Origin: Dehalococcoidia bacterium | GTDB lineage: Bacteria > Chloroflexota > Dehalococcoidia > Lucifugimonadales > G958296245 | Assembly (NCBI GenBank): GCA_963664035.2 | Contig: OY760867.2 | Coordinates: 3,212,503 to 3,276,502 of the forward strand | Length of the DNA stretch: 64,000 nt | Reading direction: 5' to 3' | In this document: positions 30,749-42,700 of the stretch, one piece after another | Numbering within the stretch: position 1 is the stretch's first letter | How the letters are laid out: every line of letters starts with the position of its first letter | Made by a program: the position numbers and the translations under genes | The notes under the pieces: model-generated | Databases searched by the model: none | The model's input: the letters and a program-made list of their open reading frames with translations, nothing else | What the model was told of the DNA's origin: nothing

Positions 30749-33700
30749 CTACTGGTCCTGGTCTTCGCCGCGCCTTCGGCGTCTGGCCGCAAGGAAGAGG
30801 ACCGCGGATGCCAATACGCCTATGGCGACGGCCACGGCTAGGAGCGCCGGCCACGCCAGCGGCGCCGGGGCGTCCCGGTCCACCGGCGCTCCCGGTGCGG
30901 CGGTCGGCTCCACGGCCGGCCCGGCGGTGGGAGTCGGCTCGGGCGTAGGCGTAGGCGTGACCGCAAGCGCCAACTCCGGCTCCGGCGTGGCCGTAGCTGT
31001 CGGCTCGGGCATGGGCGTGGGAGTAGGCTCCGGCGTGGCCGTAGCTGTCGGCTCAGGTGTGGGCGTGGGAGTAGGCTCCGGCGTGGGCGTAGCTGTCGGC
31101 TCAGGTGTGGGCGTGGGAGTAGGCTCCGGCGTGGGCACGGCTGTCGGCTCAGGTGTGGGCGTGGGAGTAGGCTCCGGCGTGGGCGCGGGTGTCGGCGCGG
31201 GAGTAGGCTCAGGCGTGGGCGCGGGTGTCGGCTCAGGCGTAGGCTCGGGCGTCGGCGCGGGTGTCGGCTCAGGCGTGGGCTCAGGCGTAGGCCCAGGCGT
31301 GGGCGCGGGCGTCGGCTCAGGCGTCGGCTCGGGTGTGGGCGCGGGCGTCGGCTCAGGCGTGGGTTCCGGTGTGGGCGCGGGCGTCGGCTCCGGCGTGGGC
31401 TCGGGCGTGGGCTCAGGCGTGGGCTCGGGCGTCGGCTCAGGCGTGGGCTCGGGCGTCGGCTCAGGCGTCGGCTCAGGCGTCGGCTCGGGCGTCGGTGTTG
31501 GTGTCGGCGTTGGCGTCGGCGTTGGCGTTGGCGTCGGCTCAGGCGTGGGTATGCGACCAAGCCCAGGCCTTGGTCTGGGATCGGGCTCTTCTATCACAGG
31601 AGGAGGCGCGGCGATGACCTCGCCCACCGTGACCGTCCCGATGGATATGCCGTGGTAGCCGGGGTCATGGCTGTGGGCGGTGTGCTCGACGGTGACCCCA
31701 TTGCGCGAGCCGATGTGTTCGCTGCCTGCGGTGATTCTGACGGTCTTCGCCTCGTTCCAGTCGTCGGGGGTGAAGAAGACGAGCGAGGGACTCGCCGTCA
31801 CGTCGCGGTCGCCGGTGACGTCTACCTTCACCACCACGTCGCTGGTGGGCCGCTCGTTGACGAGGACGATGGTGTAGGTGACGAACCTGCCTCCCTGCAC
31901 CTCGTCTATCTGCTCGGTGGATAGCTCCACGCCCCGGGTATTGACCACGGCGAACCCGGAAGGGTTGCCGTCGGCGGGGGACTTCACCACTGAGTTGACG
32001 GCCCGGACCTGGAACCCGTAGGAGTTCAGCGTGTCCAGGCCGTTGACGACGGCCTCGCGGGCATCGGCCCCGCCGGACACCGTCTTCCACGACGTGGGGG
32101 CTGTGCCGGCGCCATAGGATCGCTGCCGGTATTCCCATCCGGTGATGGTGGAGTCAGCGGGGCTGGGGTCGTCCCACGTGAGCCTGGAGGTCCCCAGATC
32201 CGTTCCGTTGCCGGCGGCAAAGTTTCGCGGTGGGGCCGGAGGCGTGACGGCGATGTTTTCGGTGGTCAGCTGGTTGATGGTGGCCGGGCCCGCTCCCGCC
32301 GTGTTCACCGCCCGAAGCTGGAAGCTGTAGGTCTGGCCTCGGTCCAGGTTGGTCACGGTGTATTCGGTCCTGGGCACGAGGGTGACGTTGGCCGGGGCCG
32401 CGCCGTCCGCGCCCGCCGCCGCCGAGGTGGTCTGCTCCACCATTGCGGAGATGTCCTTCCACCCCGTGTTGGTGGGCGGCGTCACCGTCGCCTCGTCCGT
32501 CGGCGGGTACGTCACGGTCTGCACAATGGGCCGCACTTCCACGGTGCAGACCTGGCTGGCTGGCGGCTGCCCGACGGGCGCGCACGTCGCGGTGTAGGAC
32601 GTGGTGGTTGCGCTGCTGCCCTGTATGTCCGCCCATCTGCCGAAGCTGCCCGTTCCCGTCTTCTGGCGGTACTGGTACTTCCGGATGGTGGCGTCCTGCG
32701 GGTCGTCCCAGGTGAGCGTCGTCCGATTATTGCCGGCGTTGAAAGCCGTGAACGTCCACGATGCATGGGCTTCCAGCGGGAACTCGACGTTCTTGATCCG
32801 CTTCACGGGGGCGACCTGGAAGAGGTACTCCTTGTCCGCGGCCAGTCCGCTGACCTTGTAGGACCTGATGGCGCCGTCGATATAGCCGCAGCAGCCGCCC
32901 AGGTACACCGTCGTGTCGGCTTGAGGCTGGGCGGAGAGCCTCACACTCACGTTCTGCGCCGTGTTCCAGTTGCCGGCGGTGAAGGTGAGCGTGGAGCGGC
33001 TGAAGACCACGCCGTCCATCGATAGCCTGACTCTTACGGTGGCGGCGGGCCTGGAGGCCAGCTTGACGCCGACGGTCTGGTTCGTGTTCCAGTTGCCGGT
33101 GGTGAAGGTGAGCGTGGACGAGCTGAAGTCCGGGCTGGTCGCGATGTCCGTCCATCCGCCCTCGACGGTCCCCGCTACGAAGTTCGACGTCGTGCCGCTG
33201 GGGGGCGTTGCCGTGGCCACGTCCGAGGCCGGGTGTACCACCGGGCGCACCTCCACCAGGCAGACCCGCCCGGTGGAGCATGAAACGTCCCAGGACGTGG
33301 TCGCTTCGTCGCTGGAGGGTATGTTCGTCCAGCTGTTGAAGCTGCCCGTTCCCGTCTTCTTCCGGTACTGGTACTTCACGACGTGGTTGTTGTTGGGATT
33401 GGCCCAGGTGAGCGTCGTCTTGTTGTTGCTGGCTGTGTAGGCGGTGAAGCTCCACGGCCCCACGGTCGTCACGATCATGCCGCTCTGCGACACGCCGCGT
33501 ATCTCGAAGGCGTACTCCGTGCCGTCGGCCAGGCCCGTCGCCCCGTAGGAGGTGGTGGACGACCCGCTGTTGGTTATATCCGTCCAGGCGCCGAAGCTGC
33601 CCGCTCCCGTCTTCTGGCGGTACTGGTACTTGTCGATAAAGCTGTTGTTCGGGTTGGCCCAGTACAGGGTGACCCGCCCGTTGGAGCCGATGTTGCCGAT

Positions 33701-36700
33701 GCTCCAGCTGTCCACCGCCGCAAGCGGCTTCTCCACGTTCGGCTTCACCGCCCGCACCTGGAAGGCGTAGGCCGTGCCGTCGGTGAGGCCGGTGACGGTG
33801 TAGGACCTCTGGGTCTTGGCCGCGCACGGCGAGGAGCAGGGTATGTTCGTCCAGGCGCCGAAGTCGCCCGTTCCCGCCTTCTGCCGGTACTGCCACCTGG
33901 TGACGGCCGGGTCGTTGGGGTTCACCCAGTACAGGGTCGCCTGGCCGCTGGCGGTGACGACGGCAAGGTCGTCCGGCTCGCCGGTGTCGGGGAGAACCCT
34001 GACCCGGTACCGCCACTTGACGATGTCGCTGTCGCTTGGGTTGGGCCACGACAGGGTGGTCTCCCCCGCGCCGCCCACGTTGGCGATGCTCTCGCTGAGC
34101 ACTGCCGGGCGCTCCTTCGAGGTGTTTTGCCGGGTCACGGCGCGTACCTGGAAGGTGTAGGTCGTGCCGTTAGTGAGGTCGGAGACCTCGTAGGAGGCGA
34201 GGGTGCGCACCGAGCACGGCGAGGAGCAGGGTATGTCCGTCCAGTCGCCGTAGTTGCCGAACTGCCCGCCGGAGGGCTTGGCCTTGGACCGGTACTGCCA
34301 CTTGGTGATGGCAGGGTCGTTGGGGTTCACCCAGTACAGGGTCGCCTGCCCGTCGGCGGCCACCGCCGCGAGGCTGCCCTCCATGATGCGGTACTGGTAA
34401 TTCCGGATGGAGTTGTCCTGGGGGTCGGTCCAGGTCAGGGTGGCCTGGCTGGCCCCCGTCTGCGTGACATTGCCAACGAAGTTCACCGGCTTGTCCGGCA
34501 GCAGCGTCACATCCTCCGCGTTGGACGCCGGGCCGTCGCCCGCCCGGTTGACGGCGCGCACCTGGAAGCGCATCACCTCGCCGTACACGCTCTCCACGAC
34601 GTGGAACGTGGACGAGTGGGTGCTGGTCGCCGTCTTCCAGAACGCCGCGCCCAGCAGCGTCGTCCATTCCCCTTCGTCGGTATCCGCGTCGCCGGTGGCG
34701 GCGCGGTACTCCCATCTGCTTACGGACGGGTCGGCCGGGTCGAGGGCGGCCCAGCTCAGCGTTACGTCGAAGCCCTGGTCCGACGCGTCGTAGGATACGG
34801 TCGTTATCCTGGAGAGGGTGGTCGCCGCCGGAGTCAGCGTTACGCTGGCGACGCTGGAGGCCACGCCGCCGCCGCCGAGGTTGACCGCCCGCACCTGGAA
34901 CCGGTATCCGGCCCCGGTGGCGCTGAAGGGCAGATCGTAGCTTCTCGTGTCCTTGTCGCTTCCTGGGATGTCCGTCCAGGCAGCGGCGTTCAGGTCAACG
35001 CCTGCCAGGGCGACCCGGTACTGCCACCTGACGATGGTGGGGTCCGACGGCAGCGTCCAGCTCAGCGTTATCCGGAAGTCGTTGGTGGCCTGCCTGTACG
35101 ACTTGGCGGCGGCGAGGCTCTGGGGCTCTCCGGGCTTGGCCGGGAGCTTGACCTGGTTGGAATCGTCCGACGCGGGGCTGTCGCCCGCGGGGTTTTTGGC
35201 GCGAACCTGGAAGGCGTAGGTCGTCGCGCTGGTCAGGCCGGTCACGGTGAACGTCCTGGTGCTCGCGTCGCTGGGGGACATGTCCGTCCACGGGCCGTAG
35301 CCGCCGAACTGCCCGCCCTTGGGCTTGGACTTGTAGCGGTACTGCCAGGCGGTTATGGACGGGTATCCGGGGTCGTTCCAGGACAGGGCGGCCTGCCGGA
35401 AGCCCTTTACCGCCGCCAGGCCCGTGGGCTTGAGGGGCTTCGTCGCGGCGGAGGCCACCGCCGAGCCGGGCCCGGCCACGTCGTTGGTGTTCACGGTGCG
35501 GACGCGGAAGTAGTAGACCGTGCCCGCGTCGAGGCCGGGGATGGTCAGCCTGTTGGTCGCCGAATTGCTCCCCGGGACATTGGCCCAGGCGCCCCAGGCG
35601 GCGGCGCCTTCCTTCTGGCGGTACTGCCACTTCCGGATGGCGGTGTCGGTGGTCGTAGCCCAAGAGAGGGAGACCGTCGTGCCCGCGGCGCTGGCCGACA
35701 GGTCCGTGGGCTGGGACGGCGCCGGCTGCGGCGTGGCGGACGCCTCGCCCGACGCGGCGCCCGTGCCGATGGAGTTGACCGCGCGTACCTTGAACGAGTA
35801 CTGCGTGGCGTTGGTCAAGCCGGCCACGGTGTAGGACATGGTGTCCGCGCCGGAATCGGTCACGCCGGTCCAGGAGCCGTAGTTGCCGCTCACCCCCTCC
35901 TTCTGCTGGTACTCGTACTCGGTGATGGAGGAGTCGTTGGGGTCGTCCCAGACCAGCACCACCTGCGCGTTGCCCGGCTCCGCCGCCAGGTTGGCGGGGG
36001 GCGCCGGGTACATGGTGGAGGCCTTCTCGTCCGACGGCGCGCCGATGCCGACGGCGTTCACCGCGCGAAGCTGGAACTTGTACGTGATGCCGTTCACGAG
36101 GTTTGTGACGGTGTGCGAAGTGGAGGTCGCGCTGGTGCTAACCGTCGTCCACGCCTCGAGGCCCGTGGCCGCCGCGGTGTTGTTCGACGAGACGTAGCCC
36201 CGCACCCGGTAGGTGTAGCGCGTCCCGCTGGTCAAATTCGCCGTTACGATGTGCGTCCTGGTGGCCGCGTTGCTGGACGAGATGTCCGTCCACGTGCTGC
36301 CGTCGGTGCTGTACTGCCACTTGGCGACGCTGCCGTTCTCGGGCCCCGTCCACTCCAGCGCGACCTCGGTGCTTGCGCCCCGGCCCACGACGAAGTCCGG
36401 GAAGTTCCCGGTGCGCATCCTGGCCTGCCACTTGGTGATGGTGGAGTTGTCCGCGCCGGCCCACGACAAGACCGTCTGCCGGTTTCCACCCGCCACGGTG
36501 AAGCCTACGGGCTTGGCCGGGAATAGAGCGAAGCTCACGGCGTCGGAGGCGGGGCTGATGCCGTTGGGCTTGGCGTTGTTGATGGCGCGTATCCGGGCCT
36601 TGTAGCTCGCGCCGTTGGAGAGGTCCAGCGTCACCTCGGTGGTGGCGTGGTCGCTGCCGGAGACGTGCCGCCAGCCGCCGGCCGCGGTGGGCGTTGCGCT

Positions 36701-39700
36701 CACCGGGCCCCTGGCGGTCCCGGCGACGAGATTGCCGCCGGAGTCCACGGCGCGCACCCGGTAGGCGTAGGCCGTGCCGTTGGTGAGGCTGCTCACGGTG
36801 GCCTGGCGGGCCGACGCGCCACCGGAGACGTCCGTCCAGCTCGCGCTCGTGGACGTGCTGTACTGCCACTTGGAGATGCCGGCGTTGCCCGCGTGCGTCC
36901 ACTTCAACGTCGCCTGGGCGTTGCCCGGTATGGCCTCCGTGCCGTCGTTGGCCACGCGCCACACCAGGTACTGGTAGCCCCAGCCGGTCGTACTGACGTC
37001 GGTGGTGGCCGTCCAAGAGAGGGTCGCCTGGCCGTCGCCGCCCGTCCCGCCCAGGCCCGCGGGCTTGGTCGGGCGGGCCAGCGGTATGACCGAGACCTCG
37101 GCGGAGACGGGGCTGTGGCCCAGCCCGTTGGCGGAGCGCACCTGGTAGGTGTACGTCTTGTTGTTGTCCAGGCCCGTGAGGGTCCTGGTGTGCCAGCGGT
37201 CGCTGCTGGACGTGCTCTCCTCGTTCACCGTTACCCAGTCGCCGTAGCCGCTCTCGGTGTCGCTCTTGGGCTTCACCCGGTACTGCCAGGAGTGGAAGTA
37301 GGGGCTCGAGTACGAGTTCATGGTGTTGTACCAGCGCAGCACGGCCTGGCCGTCGCCGCTGGTGACGGTGAAGCCGCTGGGCTTGAGAGGCTTGGTGGCG
37401 ACGGGGAAGGCCCAGTCCGTGTCGGAGGCCGCGCCCGGGCCGCTGCCATTCACCGCCCGCACCTGGAAGTGGTACTTCGTGTTCCACGTCAGCGGCGGCG
37501 TGTCGAAGCTCGTGGTGTTGCCGGCGCTGCCGGGCACGTCGGCCCACGCCGCCGACGTGATGGCGCTTGCGCCGCCGCTCGTGTAGCGGTACTGCCAGTG
37601 GGTGATAGTGGAGCCGCTGGGCGCGGTCCAGCTCAACGCGGCGAACCCAAGCCTGCCGCTCGCGGCGAATCCCGTCGGCTTGCCGGGCAGGGCGCGGGGG
37701 ATGGCCGCCGCCTCGTCCGACTCGTCGCCGTCGCCGGAGGCGTTCACGGCGCGGACCTTGAACCTGTAGGTCGTGTCGTTCGTCAGCCCGATCAACTCGA
37801 CGGACGTGGTGGCCGCGCCGCTGTTGGATATGGCCGTCCAGTTGCCCCAGGTGTTGGCGCCCTCCTTCTGCCGGTACTTCCAGCCGGTGATCGTGGAGTT
37901 GTTCGGGTCCGTCCAGCTCAGCGTCACCTTCGAGACCTTGGGCGTCGCCGTCAGGCCCGCGGGCTTGGCCGGCGTGGGCAGCGCGGGCTTGGCCTCGGCG
38001 GACTCGTTGGAGGCCGGGCCGGCGCCGGCGGCGTTGACGGCGCGCACCTTGAACCTGTACGTCGTGCCGTGGGTCAGGCCGGTCACGGTGTATGCCAGGT
38101 TGTTGCCGGACGCAGTGGGCGTCATGTCCGTCCATGCGCCGTAGCTGCCGTAGCTGCCGCCGTCGGGCTTGGACTTGTACTGGTACTGCCACGCGGTGAT
38201 GCTGTCGTTATCGGGGTCAGTCCAGGACAGGTCGACCTGGCCCTCGGTGTACAGGATGGACGTCTTGTCGGTCTTGGCGGCGGCGGTCGGGCGCGACGGC
38301 TTCGCCGGCAGCGTGGGAGCCGACACCTCGTCGGACACCGAGCCGTTGCCGGAGGTGTTCACGCCCCGCACCTGGAAGGTGTACGTAGCGCCGTTGTCCA
38401 GGCCCGTAACCGCGTAGGTCGTCGTGGAGTTGCCGGGGCTTGGCCCGGACGTCCAACTGCCGTAGTTGCCCGTTCCCTTCTTCCGCCGGTACTGCCAGCT
38501 ATCGACGTGGGTGGAGCCGCCCTTGGTCCAGACCAGCGTGACCTGGGCGTCGCCGCCGGTGGCGCTGAGCGAGGGGGCTTCCGGAGCGCCGGCCACGGGC
38601 CGGGCCGAGGCCTCGTCGGACGCCGGGCCTGGGCCGTTGATGTTGACGGCGCGAATCTTGAAGGTGTGGGTGACGTTGTTGCTCAGGTTGCTCACGGCGT
38701 AGGACGCGGTGGACGCGCCGCTGTTAGGCACGTCGGTCCACTTGCCGTACCCGCCGGTCGTCTTGTACTGGTACTGCCACTTCTCGATGCTGGCGTTGTT
38801 GGGGTTGGTCCAGGACAGGGCGACCTGGCGGTTGTTGGGCAACGCCGAAAGGCCCGTGGGCTTGGAGGGAACGGGGATGGGAGTGGCCGACGCCTCGGCA
38901 GAGGCCGCGCCGTCGCCGGCGGAGTTCACCGCGCGAATCCTGAATGTGTGGGACGTGTTGTTGGTCAGCCCCGTTACGGTGTAGGACTTGGTGGACGCCG
39001 TGCCGTTGGGCACCGCCGTCCACGAACCGTAGCCGCCGCCGGTCTTGTACTGGTACTCCCAGCCTGTGATGGTGGAGTTGCCGGGGGCGTGCCACGTGAG
39101 ATCGACCGACTGGTGCTTGCCCGCGGCGGTGAGGCCCGTGGGCTGGGCGGGCACAGGCACGGGCGTGGCCGTCCGCTCGTCGGACGGCGCGCCGATGCCG
39201 TAGGAGTTCGATGCCCGGATTCGGAAGGTGTACTCCGTGTTGTTGGTCAAGCTGCCGACTGTGTGAACGGTGGCGGCGGCCGAGGTGGACATCTGCGTCC
39301 ACGAGCCGTAGCTGCCCGCGCCGGACTTCTGCTGGTACTCCCACTTGTCGATGGTGGAATCGCCGGGGTCGGTCCACTTCAGCTCGACCGACTGGTGCTT
39401 GGCCACGGCGGTAAAGCCGGCGGGCTTGGCCGGCGCGCTCTTCGGCGTCGCCGTCGCCTCGTCCGACGCCGCCCCCTCGCCCGACGCGTTCACCGCCCGC
39501 ACCTTGAACTTGTACTCCGTGTCGTTCGCCAGTCCGGTTACGGTGACGGACGTCGCGTGAGACCCTATGGCGGAGCTGAGGTCGACGGTCTTGGAGCCGC
39601 CTGGAGGCGCTGCCGCCAGCTTGACGGACACCCCCTGCGCCGTGTTCCAATTCTGCGTCGTGAAGGTGAGCGTGGAGGGCGCGAAACGAACGTTGACGCC

Positions 39701-42700
39701 CCTGTCGAAGGTTATCGTCACGTCGGAAGATGGGGCGGCGGGCAGCTTGACTACAACAATCTGCACAGTGGGGTAGTTCTGGGTGGTGAAGGTAACCGCG
39801 GACGGGTTGGAAACCAGGGGGACCTCCACGTCGGTCCAGGTGTACGGCGGTGGGCTCAAGTCGAAGGGCGAGGTCGTTGCCGTGTACTGCCACTTGGTTA
39901 TGGACGAGTCGCCCGGATCGTTCCACGCCAGGTCGACCGACTGGTGCTTCGGCGTCGCCGCCAACCCCGACGGCTTCGACGGCTTGGCGATGGGCGTGGC
40001 TTTCACGCCTACGGACTCCGCCCCGTTCCCGTAGCTGTTCACGCCGCGTACCTTGAAGGTGTACTCCGTGTCATTGGTCAAGCCGGTCACGGTATAGGTG
40101 ATAGCGCCCACCGTCCCGGTAACGGTGGCCGACGCCCAGGTGGACCCGCCGTCCTTGCTGTACTGGTATGAGGTGGCCGCGATGCTGCCGCCGTAGGTCC
40201 ACCTGAGGGTGACCTGGGCGTCGCCAGGCGCGGCGGACTTCAGGTCCGGGGCGGTGGGCACGGGCCGCGGGGTGGCCTTCTTTTCGTCGGACGGCGCGCC
40301 GTCGCCGGTGGAGCTCACGGCGCGAACCTGGAAGGTGTGCTCCGTGTCGTTCGTCAGCCCGGTCTTGGTGTAGGCCGTGGTCGCCGCGCCGCTGCTAGGA
40401 ATGCTGAACCAACCGGTGTAGCCGAAGACGGTCTTGTAGCGGTACTCCCAGCGGATGATCGTGCTGTCGCCGGGGTCGTCCCACGCCAGTATGACGCTGG
40501 CGTTCTTGGGCGTAGCCGTGAACCCCGCCGGCTTCGCCGGCTTCACTACTGTCGGCGTCGCCGTCGCCTCGTCCGACTCGGCGCTCGCCCCATACGCGTT
40601 CGACGCCCGTATCTGGAAGGTGTACGCCGTATCGTTCGTCAGCCCCGTCACCGTGTAAGACGTGGCCGTATCCGACATGGACATCTGCGTCCAGGAGCCG
40701 TAGCCCGCCGTGCTCTTCTTCCGGTACTCCCACTTATTGATGGTGGCGTCATTCGGATTCGTCCAGGCCAGGTCGACGGATGCGGCCTTCGCCGTCGCCG
40801 TCAAACCCGTCGGCTTCGCCGGCGAGCTCTTCGGCGTCGCCGACTTTTCATCGGACTCCGCGCCGTCCCCGGAGGCGTTCACCGCCCGGATCTTGAAGGT
40901 GTGGGACGTGTCGTTCGTCAGCCCCGTCACCGTGTGGGACGTGGTGGACGCCGTGCTGTTGGGCACGTCCGTCCACGAGCCGTAAGCGCCGTCGGTCTTG
41001 TACTGGTACTCCCAGCCGGTGATGGTGGAGTTGTTGGAATCCGTCCACGCCAGGTCGACCGACCGGTGCTTCGGCGTCGCCGTAAACCCCGCCGGCTTCG
41101 ACGGCCTGGCGAGGGGCGTGGCTTTCACGCCTGCGGACTCCGCCCCGTTCCCGTAGCTGTTCACGCCGCGGATCCTGAAGGTGTACTCCGTGCCATTGGT
41201 CAGGCCGGTCACGGTAAAAGTGATAGCGCCCACCGTCCCGGAAACGGTGGCCGTCGTCCAGGTGGACCCGCCGTCCTTGCTGTACTGGTATGAGGTGGCC
41301 GCGATGCTGCTGCTGTAGAGCCACCTGAGGGTGACCTGGGCGTGGCCCGGCGTGGCGGACTTCAGGTCCGGGGCCGTGGGCGTGGGGCGCGGCGTGGCCG
41401 AAGCCTCGGAGGACGACGCGCCGTCGCCGGACGGGTTGACGGCGCGCACCTGGAAGGTGTACTCCGTGCCGTTGGTCAGCCCGGTCTTGGTGTAGGAGAT
41501 GGTGTTGGCGCCGCTGCCGGCAATGTCGTACCACGTGGTGTAGCCGCCCGTGGTCTTGTACCTGAACTGCCACTTGGTGATGGTGCCGTCGTTGGCGTTG
41601 TCCCAGTCCAGGAGCGCGCCGGCGCTCTGCGCCGTCGCGGTGAGGCCGGTGGGCGCGGCCGGCGGGGGCACGGGCGTGGCCGACACCTCCGCCGACGCCG
41701 TTCCGTTGCCATAGGAGTTCACGGCGCGAATCCTGAGCTGGTGCGCCGTGTTGTTGGTCAGCCCCATCACCCTGTGGGACACGGTGTCCTTGTCGCTGTC
41801 CGTGATGGCCGTCCACGCCGCGCCCCAGGCGCCGCCCGTCTTCCATTGGTACTCGTAGCCGGTGACCGTCGTGTCCGTCGTCTTCGTCCAGGTCAGGTCC
41901 ACCGCCTTGTCCCTCGCCGTCGCCGCGAGGCCCGTGGGCGCCGCCGGGACCGGCTTGGGCGTCGCCGACGCCTCGTCCGACGCCACGCCGTCGCCGGAGG
42001 CGTTGACGGCGCGCACCTGGAAGGTGTAGGCCGTGTTGTTGGTCAGCCCGGTCCTGGTGAACGTGGTGGTAGCCGCGCCGCTGCTTGGAATGGCAGTCCA
42101 TGAGCCGTAGCTGCCCGTGTCCTTTTGCCGGTACTCCCAGCGGGTTATCGTGCCGTTCCCCGGGTCCGTCCACGCCAATACCGCGCCCTGGTGCTTGGGC
42201 GTGGCGGTGAACCCCGCCGGCTTGGCCGGCTTGGTCGATGCGGCGGCGGCGTCCGACGCCAGGCTGTTGCCGACGGAGTAAGCAGCCCGCACCTTGAATC
42301 GATACGTCTTGCCGTAGGACAGCCCCGTAGCCGTGTACGACGACGTGCTGGCGTTGCTGCTTGGCACGTCGCTCCAAGTCGCGCCGTCGTCCTTGCTGTA
42401 CTGCCACCCCGTTATCGTCGAGTCGCTGGCGGCGGTCCAGGACAGGTCGACGGAGGTGTCGGTGGACGTGTTTATGGCCGCCGTCAGGCCGAGGGGCTTG
42501 TACATGGGCGTCGCCGTCACCGACGCGGCATCGCCGTAGCCCGTGGAGTTCGCCGCCCGCAGGCCGAAGGTGTAGGCCGTGCGGTCGGTCAGCCCGGTAA
42601 CGGTGTGGGACGTGTAGGTCGCGCTCGTGCTGATCCGCGCCCACGCCTTCAGGCCCGCCACCGCCACGGTGTTGTTCGCCGCGATGAAGCCCCGCACCCG

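Noticed and set aside
30645-31658. A plus-strand ORF encoding (GSGVGV)n glycine-rich repeats, and minus ORF 30838-31560 (RRPSPRLS repeats).
   Set aside because: These are alternative frames of the PT-rich stalk DNA. The in-frame reading continues the giant ORF into a TM anchor and stop.
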